Shown piece by piece: positions 54,448-64,000 of a stretch of DNA of 64,000 bases; position 1 is the stretch's first letter, and each line of letters starts with the position of its first letter. Source of the DNA: a virus. Below the pieces are notes generated by a model. That model was not told where the DNA came from. It worked only from the letters and a program-made list of their open reading frames with translations, and searched no databases. The stretch covers positions 1 through 64,000 of the IMG/VR virus record IMGVR_UViG_3300045600_000078; one strand, written 5' to 3'. The translations under genes were made by a program, and so were the position numbers.

Positions 54448-57400
54448 GCTCTGTTGACGAGCGTGTAGTCCAGATGAAGTTCGATAACGCACAGTTTGAA
54501 GCCGGGGTTCAAACTACGCTTGAAAGTCTTAATAAGCTTAAGACATCGCTCGATGATAATACGTCTGCTACTACTTTTGATAGTATTACCAAAGCTGCGA
54601 ATAACGTTTCACTATCTGGCATACAGGATTCGCTTGACTCTTTATCTAATAGGTTTAGCATAGCCGGAATCGCTGGAATGACATTTGTTAGTGAATTAAC
54701 TAAGTCATTTATGGGTCTCGGAACTACAATAAAACAGAATCTAATTGATCCTATAGTTTCTGGAGGATGGAATCGAGCATCCAACATTGAGAAGGCCAAA
54801 TTCCAGATTGAAGGCCTTGGAAAAAGTTGGGATGATCTGTACGGTGATATTGATTATGCTGTTTCGGGGACTGCTTATGGGCTTGACTCCGCGGCAATGG
54901 CTGCGGGCCAGTTAACAGCCTCAGGTGTTTCTGCTGGCGAAAATATGAAGAATTCCTTAAGGGGAATTTCTGGCGTCGCAGCAATGACCGGGTCTAGTTA
55001 TGACGATGTTGCTAGGATATTTACTCAGGTTGCTGGTAATGGCCGTCTTATGGGTGAGCAGCTTCTTGAGATTTCTAGCCGAGGAATAAACGCAGCAAAG
55101 GCCCTTGCTGATTATATTGGTACTGACGAGGCAACTGTTCGTCAGATGGTTTCAAAGGGTCAAATCGATTTCCAGACATTCGCTAATGCTATGGACTCGG
55201 CATTTGGTCAGCACGCTAAGGATGCTAACAAGACGTTCTCAGGAGCTATGGACAACGTCCATGCTGCTATGGCTAAGATAGGTGCAGACTTCGAATCTAC
55301 ACTTATATCGTCAAAAGATTATAACGAATACATGACCAAGGGTTCTACGGATGGCTATGCTAACCTTATATCAATAGCTAATGCGTACCGAGAGGCTTTA
55401 AACGGTCTCAGAACTGCACTTCACCCCGTGGAAAAAGACTTTACAACGGCATTTCATGGAATAGCAGATGCTATAACCAAGGGGTTAAATGGAATAATTG
55501 ATCAGAATGTCTTAGCTCAAAGTTTACAGAATAATGGTTCCGCTGTTTACCAGTTTACTGAGCCTATCCAAGAAGCTTTTACTAATTTATATAATGGATT
55601 TAAGAACATATCCGATTTTATTTTAAGTGTTGGAACTGCTGTCGGTCAGGCTTGGGCTGATATTTTTCCTCCGGTTACAGTTCAGACTATAGATAATATT
55701 ACCGCTAGTTTTGAAAAGCTAACGGAGATGCTCCCAAAGTATGATGACCTTGTTTCCGAAGTAAGTAATACGTTTGGCGTGGATTTAAGTGGCGCTGCCC
55801 AAACGTCTGTTCAAGCAGTTGGCGATGCTACAGATGCTACAGCTGCACTTGGAACCGTATCCGGTGTGGTCGGGAAAACAATTGATAAGGTCTCTGATTC
55901 TATATTCTCTGCTGGAAAATCTGCTTCTAGTGGCCAGATATTTTTTGAGAATCTGAGCGATACTTTCTCTGGAGTGTTCGCTGTTGCCGATGCAGTTGGC
56001 AAAGCCTTTGGCTATATAGCTAAAATTGTTTCAACTTTTGTGCTTCCTGTTATTGGCGGATTAGCTGAAATATTTGTTTCTGTAACAGGTTTGATTGGTT
56101 CTTGGGTCGGGGCAATAGATAAGGGAATTCCAACGGTTGACGACTTTAGTTCGGGCGTAGACGCTCTTGCTAATTTCTTAAAGCCTCTTGGCGATGCTTT
56201 ATGCACGGTTAAGGACTTTATTGTTGGATTCTTTGATGCACTTAAGCCTACCGGGGCTGTTATTACTACATTGGTTACCGTATTCAAGATGCTTGCCGGG
56301 GCTATAGGAGGTTTTGTATCTTCTATTGATCTTCCTGGAATTGGAAATCTTGGAACGTTCTTTGCTACTGTGTTTGGCGGAATCGTAACTGTCCTGCAGG
56401 ATGCTTGGTCAGTAATAACTGGAAAACTTGGGGACGTTGGCAAAGCTATATCTGACTTCTTTTCTCAGATACAGATCAGCAACGATCCGGCAAAGGTTAT
56501 ATCTGATGCGTTTAGTAGCCTACAGAAATCTATATATAATGGGATTAATAGTATAAAACTTCCTAATGGTAATGGCCTGCTTGATTCACTTCAGGCTATG
56601 TTTAAGCCTGTCGTTGATTTCCTTTCTACCATAGGAAAGACTATTGGCGAATACGCTGGAAATGTTATTAAATCTATATCTGATTTTATGAATGGCGCGG
56701 TAGATGCTACTTCTGGAAACCCGCTTCTTATTGTTGCGGGGGCATTTTCAGAGGGCTTCTCCATGCTGACTCAAGCATTTTCTGATTTTAAGCTTCCCGA
56801 TTTGTCAGATATTCTTTCTGCACTAGATGACTTCCTTACCCATTTGCTTAAATCGCTTGGCGATATAGGAAAGGGTATTGGCAATTTCCTGGATGATGTG
56901 TTTAAGCCTAAAATTGCCGAAGCAAAGAGTCTTACCGAAGACACAAAGCCAGATACAAAGACTAATATTCAAACTCCTCTCGAGAAGTTTGTTGATTGGC
57001 TTAAGGGTATCGGCGACGGACTTTCTAGTGGTTTTAAGGTAATCGAGGATGCCATATCCGGATTTGAAGATTTTCTTATTGGCCAAGCTGATAAACTTGC
57101 TGGGGTTCTTGAAAAGTATGTTGCTTTGTTTGTAGGATTTGAATTTGGTGCACTTCTTAAGAATGCTAGTGGCCTTCTTAAGAACTTCTCCGGATTAATC
57201 AAATCCTTCACCAATATTTCAGAGAATCTTTCTAGGTTCAACGTTGCTGATTTCTTGGGCGTTGGAGATGCCGTAAGGGCTTTTCAGAAGAAGCTTAAGT
57301 CTGAGAGTATTAAGAATGTAGCCATAGCTATCGGAATCTTAGCTGCGTCATTAGCTGTTCTAGCATTCATACCAGCTGATCAATTGGTGAAAGCCGCGGG

Positions 57401-60400
57401 GGCATTAGCTGTAGCCGCGGCCACGTTGGTAGTTGCATCGAAGCTTTTAAGTAAGGTCGATGTTGGATCTATGCAGTCTATTGGCATAGGAATGTTTGCT
57501 TTGGCTGCTGGCGTTGGAATATTAGTTATCGCCGTTAAGGCATTAAGTAAGATGGACCCCAATGCCCTTCAGCAAGGTTTATCAGCAGTAGGCACATTGC
57601 TGATTGATCTCGGTGGTATGATGGCTGTCATATCTATAGCTACAACGAACACCGTGAAAGTTGCTGGTTCACTTATAGCTTTGTCTATTGGCGTTCTTAT
57701 ACTTACTAAAGCTATTGGGCAGCTTAGTAAGATGGATCCAGATGCTTTAAAGCAAGGTCTTGACGCTGTTATTATGGTTCTATTGGGTATTGCCGCAGCA
57801 GTTTCGGTTATAAATATTTCGGCCAAGGGGGCTACTAAGAGTGCCGGGACAATTGTTGCTATTGCCATAGCTTTATATTTATTAGCTGGTGCAATAATGC
57901 TATATAATAGCATCGACTGGTCAACAATGGGAACCGGAATCTTAGCAGTATGTGTAGCTTTGGGGGCTCTTACCATTGCTGTGGCAGCTATAAATAAGGC
58001 AGCAAAGGGATCTTCTGGAAGTGCTAAGACAATTTTAGCTGTGGCTGGAGCAGTTCTCATATTGTCTTTAGCGGTTGAGATTTTTGGCCACATGGATAGT
58101 AATACGTTATTAAAGGGCGGCCTAGCAGTTGCGGCATGCTTATTTGCCATATCAATTGCTGTAAAGACAATAAATAACTCATCAAAGGGTGCTAAAGATA
58201 GCTCTAAGCAGATGATTGTGTTATCTATTGCTATTGGCATTTTAGCAATTGCTATTGGTATCCTTGGCACGATGCCGACAGAAAACATTATTAAGGGTAC
58301 TGGAGCCATTTGTGTTGCCATGCTTGCCTTTGGAGCGGCACTTGGCATTATCGAAGCGGCTTCTGAAAATGCTGGAAAGACACTTGGCGGTATCGTAGCT
58401 TTTACAGTCGCTGTTGCTGTTCTTGCCGCTGGAATGTATTTCTTAGCACAATGTGATCCAAATGCTGTTTCTACAGCAGCAAACGCTATTTCTGAGGCAA
58501 TGCTTATATTTGCAGTGTCTATGGGAATTGTTGCACAGGCGGGGTCTATATCGCTTTCAGCAGTTCCGGGTATTCTGGCTATGGCTGCCGCCGTTGGTAT
58601 TATTTCATATTCACTGTATGAATTAGCACAGTGTGACCCGGCTGGATTATCTGCTGCTATGGAAGCTTTGTCGGGGGCTCTTATAGTATTTGCTGGAGCT
58701 ATGGCGATCATAAGCCAGGTCGGAGAAGTTTCTATAGAAGGCTCTGTTGGCATTTTGGCGATGGCGGTAGCTGTTGGTGTTATAGCATTAGCGCTTGACA
58801 CATTGGCGCAACTTGATCCTACTTCTTTGGCCGATGCTACGGTTGCGTTGGCTGGTGCGTTAGTTGTCTTCGCTGCGGCATTAATCTTAGTTGCTCAGGT
58901 TGGTGAGGTTTCTATTGAGGGGGCTATTGGCATTCTAGCCATGGCCGTAGCGGTTGTTGCTATAGCCGTAGCGTTGACTCTTCTTTCAGCCATTGATCCA
59001 AACAGCTTGGCAATAGCTTTACTTGGTCTTGCTGCGGGAATGGTTATTCTTGTTCTTGCAGCTGCTGGTCTTGCTATTGTCGGAACTATAGCGAGTGGAT
59101 GTGCGATTGGCTTACTTGCTCTCGGTATAGCTGCTCTTGGAATTGGCGCAGGTATATATTTGGCAGCTTCTGGAATTGCAGCGCTTTGTTCTGTTGATGC
59201 CGGAACGTTGATGGCTGTTGGCGTTGCAGTTGCTTCCGCCGGTGCGGCCATGCTTGTTGGTGCCCCAGGAATTATATTGTTTGGTATTGGCGCTTTAGCT
59301 GCTGGTGCTGGAATAATGATGATGGCTTCTTGCTCTGGGCAGATGGGAGCTATTGCTTCGGGTCTTAATCAGATGGCTGGAATTGATGCTGGTGGGTTAG
59401 CTATTGTCGGCGCGGCTCTTGTTGTGTTTGGCCTTGGGGCAATCCCAGCTGGAGCAGGATTGTTGATGATGTCCGCCGCTGCTCCGGGGCTTCCCGCTGT
59501 GGCAACAGGCATAGCGGCTCTTAATCAGATTGATGGTGTAGCCTTAGGAATTACCGGAGCAGCCCTTCTTGTCGCTGCCCCAGGATTGCTTGCATTTGGC
59601 GCAGCGTCATTAATAGCTGGTGTTGGTTGCATGCTTCTTGGAGCTAGTGCTCCTATGATGCCGCTTATAGCTACTGGGCTTCAGCAGATTTCTGAAGTTG
59701 ATGGCGGGGCGTTAGCTTCTACTGGCGATGCTCTTAATAATCTTGGAAATGGCGCTCTTGTCGCAGGGGCAGCATTGATTATGCTTTCTGTGGGGTTAAT
59801 AGCTGCTAACACAGCGTCTGTATTTCTTCCGACGTTGGTTACAGATTTGACGAATTTGGCTACTTTAGGTTATAATTCTGGCACCTATGAGAATCTGGGA
59901 ACTAGCTTAACTACTCTTGGCACAGGCATGACTATGCTTGGTATGGGGGCATCTATGGCCGGCCCATCGTTGATGTCATTTAATATGGCGTTATCTATGG
60001 TCGATGGCGAAGTTGCTTCTGCTTCCGGAGCTATGGCATATTTGATGGCGTCTTTGTCTATGCTTAGTGCGATGCTTGCAATGACAACCAGTCAGCTTTA
60101 TATGACTGGTGCTGCTGCCGTTTCTGGCCTTGCTGGAGGCATTTCTAGTGCCGCCCCGGCCGTTGTTGGGTCTATGCTTTCAATAACGGTATCTATAACC
60201 GCTGCCGCAATGACACTTCCTGTGGTGCTTATGGTTGCCGGCGTATCAGCTGCAATGGCTTTGGCAAGTGGAATTAGTAGTGGCGGGGGAGCCGTTGGCG
60301 GAGCAGCTTCTGGGTTAGCTAATACTGCGGCCAATGCTGTTCGTAGTGCTGCCGGAGAATTTAGTAGTGCTGGTGCGTATGCTGCTGAAGGTTTTGCCAA

Positions 60401-61019
60401 TGGTATTCGTAATGGCGAAGGATCCGCTTCAATCGCAGCATACGCTATGGGTCGTGCTGCACTCGATGCTGCTAAGCAAGCCATCGATTCTCACTCTCCT
60501 TCAAAGGAATTCTTTAAGTTAGGTATGTATGCCGACGAGGGAATGGCGATAGGCTTAGAGAAGTATTCATATGTTGCTGAAGATGCCAGTGCCAGCATGG
60601 GCGAGGCTACTCTCTCGGCAATTAGTGGATTAAGTTCTAAGCTTTCCGGGTCGATTGACCCCGGAGAAATTAGCCCAACCATCACTCCTGTATTGGACCT
60701 TTCTCAGGTTCAAAATGAGAGTAGTGCTATCTCTGGAATGTTTGCTAATCAGCAAGTCGCAGCTACGTACTCTGAGGATCAGATCGGGGCCATATCGGCC
60801 ACCGCTGATCAGACTGCGCAAACCCAATTCGAGCTTAATAATAGTATTGGCTCGCTTAGTTCTAGACTTGATGATATTGGTAATAAGATTTCTTCGTTTG
60901 AAGAAAATCTTCCCGGTTATATTTCGGAGAATGCCCCTGGTCTCACTATTGGAGCCGATGACATGCTTCCTATAACTGTAAGTAATATGAACACTTTACG
61001 TATAAACTCGCGGATGTAA
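54444..61019 (+). CDS. Tape measure protein (2191 aa) with a very long hydrophobic repeat array
   Basis: GTGA start/stop overlap. N-terminus VVQMKFDNAQFEAGV is typical of TMPs. Called also by position and size. About 57320-60300 encodes roughly 1000 aa of A/G/I/L/V-rich ~55-60-aa repeats. Confidence 0.9.
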   Translation: MSSVDERVVQMKFDNAQFEAGVQTTLESLNKLKTSLDDNTSATTFDSITKAANNVSLSGIQDSLDSLSNRFSIAGIAGMTFVSELTKSFMGLGTTIKQNLIDPIVSGGWNRASNIEKAKFQIEGLGKSWDDLYGDIDYAVSGTAYGLDSAAMAAGQLTASGVSAGENMKNSLRGISGVAAMTGSSYDDVARIFTQVAGNGRLMGEQLLEISSRGINAAKALADYIGTDEATVRQMVSKGQIDFQTFANAMDSAFGQHAKDANKTFSGAMDNVHAAMAKIGADFESTLISSKDYNEYMTKGSTDGYANLISIANAYREALNGLRTALHPVEKDFTTAFHGIADAITKGLNGIIDQNVLAQSLQNNGSAVYQFTEPIQEAFTNLYNGFKNISDFILSVGTAVGQAWADIFPPVTVQTIDNITASFEKLTEMLPKYDDLVSEVSNTFGVDLSGAAQTSVQAVGDATDATAALGTVSGVVGKTIDKVSDSIFSAGKSASSGQIFFENLSDTFSGVFAVADAVGKAFGYIAKIVSTFVLPVIGGLAEIFVSVTGLIGSWVGAIDKGIPTVDDFSSGVDALANFLKPLGDALCTVKDFIVGFFDALKPTGAVITTLVTVFKMLAGAIGGFVSSIDLPGIGNLGTFFATVFGGIVTVLQDAWSVITGKLGDVGKAISDFFSQIQISNDPAKVISDAFSSLQKSIYNGINSIKLPNGNGLLDSLQAMFKPVVDFLSTIGKTIGEYAGNVIKSISDFMNGAVDATSGNPLLIVAGAFSEGFSMLTQAFSDFKLPDLSDILSALDDFLTHLLKSLGDIGKGIGNFLDDVFKPKIAEAKSLTEDTKPDTKTNIQTPLEKFVDWLKGIGDGLSSGFKVIEDAISGFEDFLIGQADKLAGVLEKYVALFVGFEFGALLKNASGLLKNFSGLIKSFTNISENLSRFNVADFLGVGDAVRAFQKKLKSESIKNVAIAIGILAASLAVLAFIPADQLVKAAGALAVAAATLVVASKLLSKVDVGSMQSIGIGMFALAAGVGILVIAVKALSKMDPNALQQGLSAVGTLLIDLGGMMAVISIATTNTVKVAGSLIALSIGVLILTKAIGQLSKMDPDALKQGLDAVIMVLLGIAAAVSVINISAKGATKSAGTIVAIAIALYLLAGAIMLYNSIDWSTMGTGILAVCVALGALTIAVAAINKAAKGSSGSAKTILAVAGAVLILSLAVEIFGHMDSNTLLKGGLAVAACLFAISIAVKTINNSSKGAKDSSKQMIVLSIAIGILAIAIGILGTMPTENIIKGTGAICVAMLAFGAALGIIEAASENAGKTLGGIVAFTVAVAVLAAGMYFLAQCDPNAVSTAANAISEAMLIFAVSMGIVAQAGSISLSAVPGILAMAAAVGIISYSLYELAQCDPAGLSAAMEALSGALIVFAGAMAIISQVGEVSIEGSVGILAMAVAVGVIALALDTLAQLDPTSLADATVALAGALVVFAAALILVAQVGEVSIEGAIGILAMAVAVVAIAVALTLLSAIDPNSLAIALLGLAAGMVILVLAAAGLAIVGTIASGCAIGLLALGIAALGIGAGIYLAASGIAALCSVDAGTLMAVGVAVASAGAAMLVGAPGIILFGIGALAAGAGIMMMASCSGQMGAIASGLNQMAGIDAGGLAIVGAALVVFGLGAIPAGAGLLMMSAAAPGLPAVATGIAALNQIDGVALGITGAALLVAAPGLLAFGAASLIAGVGCMLLGASAPMMPLIATGLQQISEVDGGALASTGDALNNLGNGALVAGAALIMLSVGLIAANTASVFLPTLVTDLTNLATLGYNSGTYENLGTSLTTLGTGMTMLGMGASMAGPSLMSFNMALSMVDGEVASASGAMAYLMASLSMLSAMLAMTTSQLYMTGAAAVSGLAGGISSAAPAVVGSMLSITVSITAAAMTLPVVLMVAGVSAAMALASGISSGGGAVGGAASGLANTAANAVRSAAGEFSSAGAYAAEGFANGIRNGEGSASIAAYAMGRAALDAAKQAIDSHSPSKEFFKLGMYADEGMAIGLEKYSYVAEDASASMGEATLSAISGLSSKLSGSIDPGEISPTITPVLDLSQVQNESSAISGMFANQQVAATYSEDQIGAISATADQTAQTQFELNNSIGSLSSRLDDIGNKISSFEENLPGYISENAPGLTIGADDMLPITVSNMNTLRINSRM

Positions 61020-61037
61020 AAAGCGGAGGTGACCACC

Positions 61038-63497
61038 GTGTCTACTGTATCTGATGGAAGTTATTATATTTTAAATGTAAAAAACACCAATCTTTGTATA
61101 GACGTTTCAGGGGGTCTGGATGACGAAGGACGTAACGTCCAACTCTATAATTTGAATCGTTCCGAAGCTCAGATGATGCAGATAGTTACTATCGGTGGTC
61201 ACCAACGTCTCCGTTTCCCTCTTACTGGAAAGTATATTGATGTTGCCTGTGGAAAGATAGCAAACGGGTCAAACATTCAGCAGTATACCAGTAATGGTTC
61301 TAGTGCTCAGAATTGGAAAATCGAGTCCACAGAGTCGTCCAAAGTGTATAACGGAAGTACGTATACTACTTATAAGATTCTTCTCGAGTCAAATACAAAC
61401 TATTGTCTTAACCCGGCAAGTACTAGTCCTCAGGCTGGAACAAATCTTAATCTCTGGTCTATTGAACGTGGGGGCGACGATCAGGAATGGATATTTATTG
61501 AAATTCCAACGCTCCAAGAAGGTACGTATTCAATTCGTACGGCTCTTGATACTGGAGTTTGTATAGATAACTCATGCGGATCTTTGGCCAATGGATCGCA
61601 GCTTCAACTGTGGAATTCAAACGATACTAATTCACAGAAATTTATGGTTAAAAACAATAGCGATGGCACGGTAACTATTTATGATGGAAATACTTTGTTG
61701 AATACTTCGATGAAGGCACATTGTATTTCTGGTAATAACCCAAGGAACATAGACGGCATCCGTGCCTATCTCTGGACCGATGCAAAGAACCCGGATCAGG
61801 AATTCTTTATCATTCTCTCCGGGAATACTGTTCGTAACGGAGAACCAGTACCTACGTATATAGCTAAGGTTAAGGTTGGATCAGGGAAGGTGCTCGACGC
61901 TGCTTGCGGATCAACACGTATGGGCACCGCGGTTCAGTTTTATACGAGTAATGGATCTTTAGCACAGACGTGGGAATTTCGAAGGGACGAATTTGTTGAT
62001 TCGTCTCTTCCAACTCCTTCTGACGTTCGTCTATCGTATGTGCCTGATCGTTTAAAGTCACGTAGCAGTCGTTCGGTTTGGGTTAATACTAATTCGGGAA
62101 CACTCGAGAACGATCTTTGGACCACGCTATTCAATGTTAACTTTGTTTGCGCTGGGACAAGCAACGAATTCAAAATGAGATACCGAATTAAGTATCGAAA
62201 CGCAAAAGAAGCTTGGGGGGAATTTGGCCCCTGGAAGTCCATTCAGGATTCTAGTTCTGCCAATGGTGGATGGGGAAATGCCTGGATGGTAAATTGTACT
62301 ACGGATAATACGGGGACAACTCGATGGACTACTCAGTCGATTCCTATTACTTTGGGAATTGGGTCAAACGATAGTGCAAAAGTTGAGATACAAGTTGCCA
62401 GATCTTTACCTCATATGGGCAAGACAGATCCAACCGATCAGTATTATCCATTCTATGCACACAGTATTATCTATGATCAAAGTGATATTACGGTTACTTA
62501 TAAGCCGAATATTACCTTTGGGTCTGCAGTTTATACTCCGGATGGGATTTATATTCCAATTACTTCGGATTTCAAGCATAACGGGAATAAAATAACTATT
62601 TCTGGGTATCTTGAAGACGGCACGTGTGTATTCAGCAATCTTACATATTCTGATCTTACGTATAATGATACTTTAAAGATCAATTATGATCTTGCTGGGC
62701 ATGTTCCTGTCGATGGGGCTAAGCTTACGCTTAAATGGGTCTATACGACTATCGATACCAATACGGGGAACCAAGAGACGATTGTCCCAATAGCCTTTGA
62801 TGCTAATCATGGAATTACTCTTTCCCCTACGTATAAGGAAGTTCCCGAATTAAATGCAGTTGATGCTACGTTTTCTTCGGGAAAGACTACCGAATGCTAT
62901 GTTCTTGTCGTTAAGGGACATAAGTCATATCTTGAGAAAATGCCGCTCCTTTGCACGAATTCCGGGAAGTCTACTTTCAGGTGCTTCCCGCCGATAGGAG
63001 TTAATTGGCGTATATTCTGTCTTTCTAAGAATAGCGATGATAGTTGGGGATCACATGATGATGTGTTTCCTCCAATTGCGCCGTATCCTAAGACCCATAA
63101 TTGGAATAGTCTTACTAAGCTGGCCAATGGATGGCAACTGGCATTCGAGTTTGATAAACCGATAAAGCTTAGCCGATCACTTAAAGCTAACCTTACGAAA
63201 TCGGTTACTACTGGACGTGAGCATGAAGTCGTCACCTTTGGGCGGGATGTCGCGTCAGAATTTAGTGTGTCGGGTGTTGTTCTTGACCCATCGATAGCCA
63301 AACTTTCCAGTGGTAATGATAACGCCACAGAAGCTGCTTTCGATGACCTTGCTTATACTGGTTCCGACGCCGAAGAGATTATATATAGGTCGCCCTGGGG
63401 GGATTGGGCGCACGTTGTTATTGAGTCAGTCTCCATGCCAAAGCAATGGAGCAATAGATCAGAGATTTCAGTCTCTATGCTCGAGGTGACTCCTTAA
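61038..63497 (+). CDS. Distal tail protein (Dit) with N-terminal tandem ricin-type lectin domains
   Basis: Lies immediately after the TMP. Six QxW-like subdomains (AQMMQI, AQNWKI, DQEWIF, SQKFMV, DQEFFI, AQTWEF). C-terminal Dit-like region. Start at the second GTG after GGAGGTGA. Confidence 0.6.
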   Translation: MSTVSDGSYYILNVKNTNLCIDVSGGLDDEGRNVQLYNLNRSEAQMMQIVTIGGHQRLRFPLTGKYIDVACGKIANGSNIQQYTSNGSSAQNWKIESTESSKVYNGSTYTTYKILLESNTNYCLNPASTSPQAGTNLNLWSIERGGDDQEWIFIEIPTLQEGTYSIRTALDTGVCIDNSCGSLANGSQLQLWNSNDTNSQKFMVKNNSDGTVTIYDGNTLLNTSMKAHCISGNNPRNIDGIRAYLWTDAKNPDQEFFIILSGNTVRNGEPVPTYIAKVKVGSGKVLDAACGSTRMGTAVQFYTSNGSLAQTWEFRRDEFVDSSLPTPSDVRLSYVPDRLKSRSSRSVWVNTNSGTLENDLWTTLFNVNFVCAGTSNEFKMRYRIKYRNAKEAWGEFGPWKSIQDSSSANGGWGNAWMVNCTTDNTGTTRWTTQSIPITLGIGSNDSAKVEIQVARSLPHMGKTDPTDQYYPFYAHSIIYDQSDITVTYKPNITFGSAVYTPDGIYIPITSDFKHNGNKITISGYLEDGTCVFSNLTYSDLTYNDTLKINYDLAGHVPVDGAKLTLKWVYTTIDTNTGNQETIVPIAFDANHGITLSPTYKEVPELNAVDATFSSGKTTECYVLVVKGHKSYLEKMPLLCTNSGKSTFRCFPPIGVNWRIFCLSKNSDDSWGSHDDVFPPIAPYPKTHNWNSLTKLANGWQLAFEFDKPIKLSRSLKANLTKSVTTGREHEVVTFGRDVASEFSVSGVVLDPSIAKLSSGNDNATEAAFDDLAYTGSDAEEIIYRSPWGDWAHVVIESVSMPKQWSNRSEISVSMLEVTP

Positions 63498-64000
63498 TGA
63501 CTAGTTTAATAAATGATTACGACTGGAAAAATACTCGTCGTCGAGATACATTTAGATTCTATACTTGTGACCCGCGCACATTGCAAGTTAGAAAAGAATT
63601 AAAAAATGTTATACTTGATGGCTCGTCTATAACTTGGAGTTATACAAGCGATACCCGGGTATCCGGAAAAATAAAAGTATTAGATCCGGACTATGATGGC
63701 TGGAGTTCAATACGCGTAGTTCATGAGATACCGGATTGGAATTATATTAATACCTTGTATACAGGTGTCGTTACAGATGATCCTTTTCAGTATAAAAACG
63801 GAGGGACAGTTACTACATACGAGCTTCACTCGTCTCTTACTATGCTTGCTGATGATCTTCTCCCGTACCATTTTATTATTTCAAAGGGCGCAAAAGCTTC
63901 GTCTACGATTAAAAAAATATTTTCTATTTGCGGGCTAAAGTATTCATTTGCGGGGAATTTTAAAGATTATACGTATCGAGACAATAAAATCTTTGAACTT
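63497..64000 (+). CDS. Tail-associated lysin / Tal-like baseplate protein (3' end outside window; not in ORF track)
   Basis: TAATG overlap with Dit. Open frame to the window end (MTSLINDYDWKNTRRRDTFRFYTCDP...). Position is typical of Tal. Confidence 0.5.
   Translation, partial: MTSLINDYDWKNTRRRDTFRFYTCDPRTLQVRKELKNVILDGSSITWSYTSDTRVSGKIKVLDPDYDGWSSIRVVHEIPDWNYINTLYTGVVTDDPFQYKNGGTVTTYELHSSLTMLADDLLPYHFIISKGAKASSTIKKIFSICGLKYSFAGNFKDYTYRDNKIFEL

Noticed and set aside
56012-60484. Series of long minus-strand ORFs (56012-56443, 57569-58801, 58895-59251, 60098-60484)
   Set aside because: All are antisense to the Ala/Gly/Ile-rich tape measure repeats, where GCN codons read as NGC on the opposite strand. 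Their translations are Ala/Pro-rich nonsense and they have no start context.
1-64000. Alternative genetic code / stop-codon reassignment, as in some gut phages
   Set aside because: Very long ORFs (2191, 1339, 902 and 820 aa) are intact under the standard code. All three stop codons terminate well-supported genes. None of the five tRNAs is a suppressor.

Overview
The window reads as one large section of a siphovirus-type dsDNA phage genome. The host is inferred to be Firmicutes-like, from AGGAGG-type ribosome-binding sites, CHAP/GH25 lysins and BspA-type LRRs. Every credible gene and all five tRNAs lie on the + strand; the long minus-strand ORFs in the track look like antisense artefacts.

Layout:
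- 1-5.3 kb: end of a late module, with an LRR/ricin receptor-binding candidate, a holin and a CHAP+GH25 endolysin.
- 5.6-30 kb: about 70 small, mostly orphan genes plus tRNA-Met/Ile2(CAU), Leu(UAA), 2x Lys(UUU) and Glu(UUC). Many of these genes are organised as self-contained promoter/leader/small-membrane-protein/terminator cassettes.
- 30.4-37.6 kb: replication module. It has iteron-rich ori-like DNA, a 1339-aa SF3 helicase + AEP primase + family-B polymerase fusion, an SSB with a DEDIPF tail, an SF2 helicase, a VRR-NUC nuclease and a PD-(D/E)XK nuclease.
- 37.6-40.3 kb: a 902-aa protein carrying the beta-prime-type ADFDGD double-psi-barrel catalytic loop plus HTH-like modules. I read it as a candidate YonO-like single-polypeptide RNA polymerase.
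- 40.3-41.7 kb: an AT-rich, almost gene-free control region with GC-rich palindromes, a G-quadruplex-type tract and a 26-bp inverted repeat.
- 41.7-64 kb: late module. It has a second CHAP lysin with a ricin lectin, HNH, TerL, portal, a fused prohead protease-capsid protein, major tail protein, chaperones, a 2191-aa tape measure, a lectin-decorated Dit and the start of Tal.

No integrase, repressor, CRISPR array or reverse transcriptase was seen.

The most interesting signals form one candidate phage-specific transcription system:
- the RNAP candidate;
- 20 copies of a rigid tripartite promoter-like motif, TTCGCR-N7-CAT-N4-TATAAT-GAG, whose geometry does not fit a sigma-70 -35/-10 pair;
- terminator hairpins with covarying stems but a conserved CTAACAAGG loop;
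- a shared N-terminal motif linking the RNAP candidate to a paralogous family embedded in the packaging module.

All functional calls rest on motif recognition by eye and gene order. No database search was possible.
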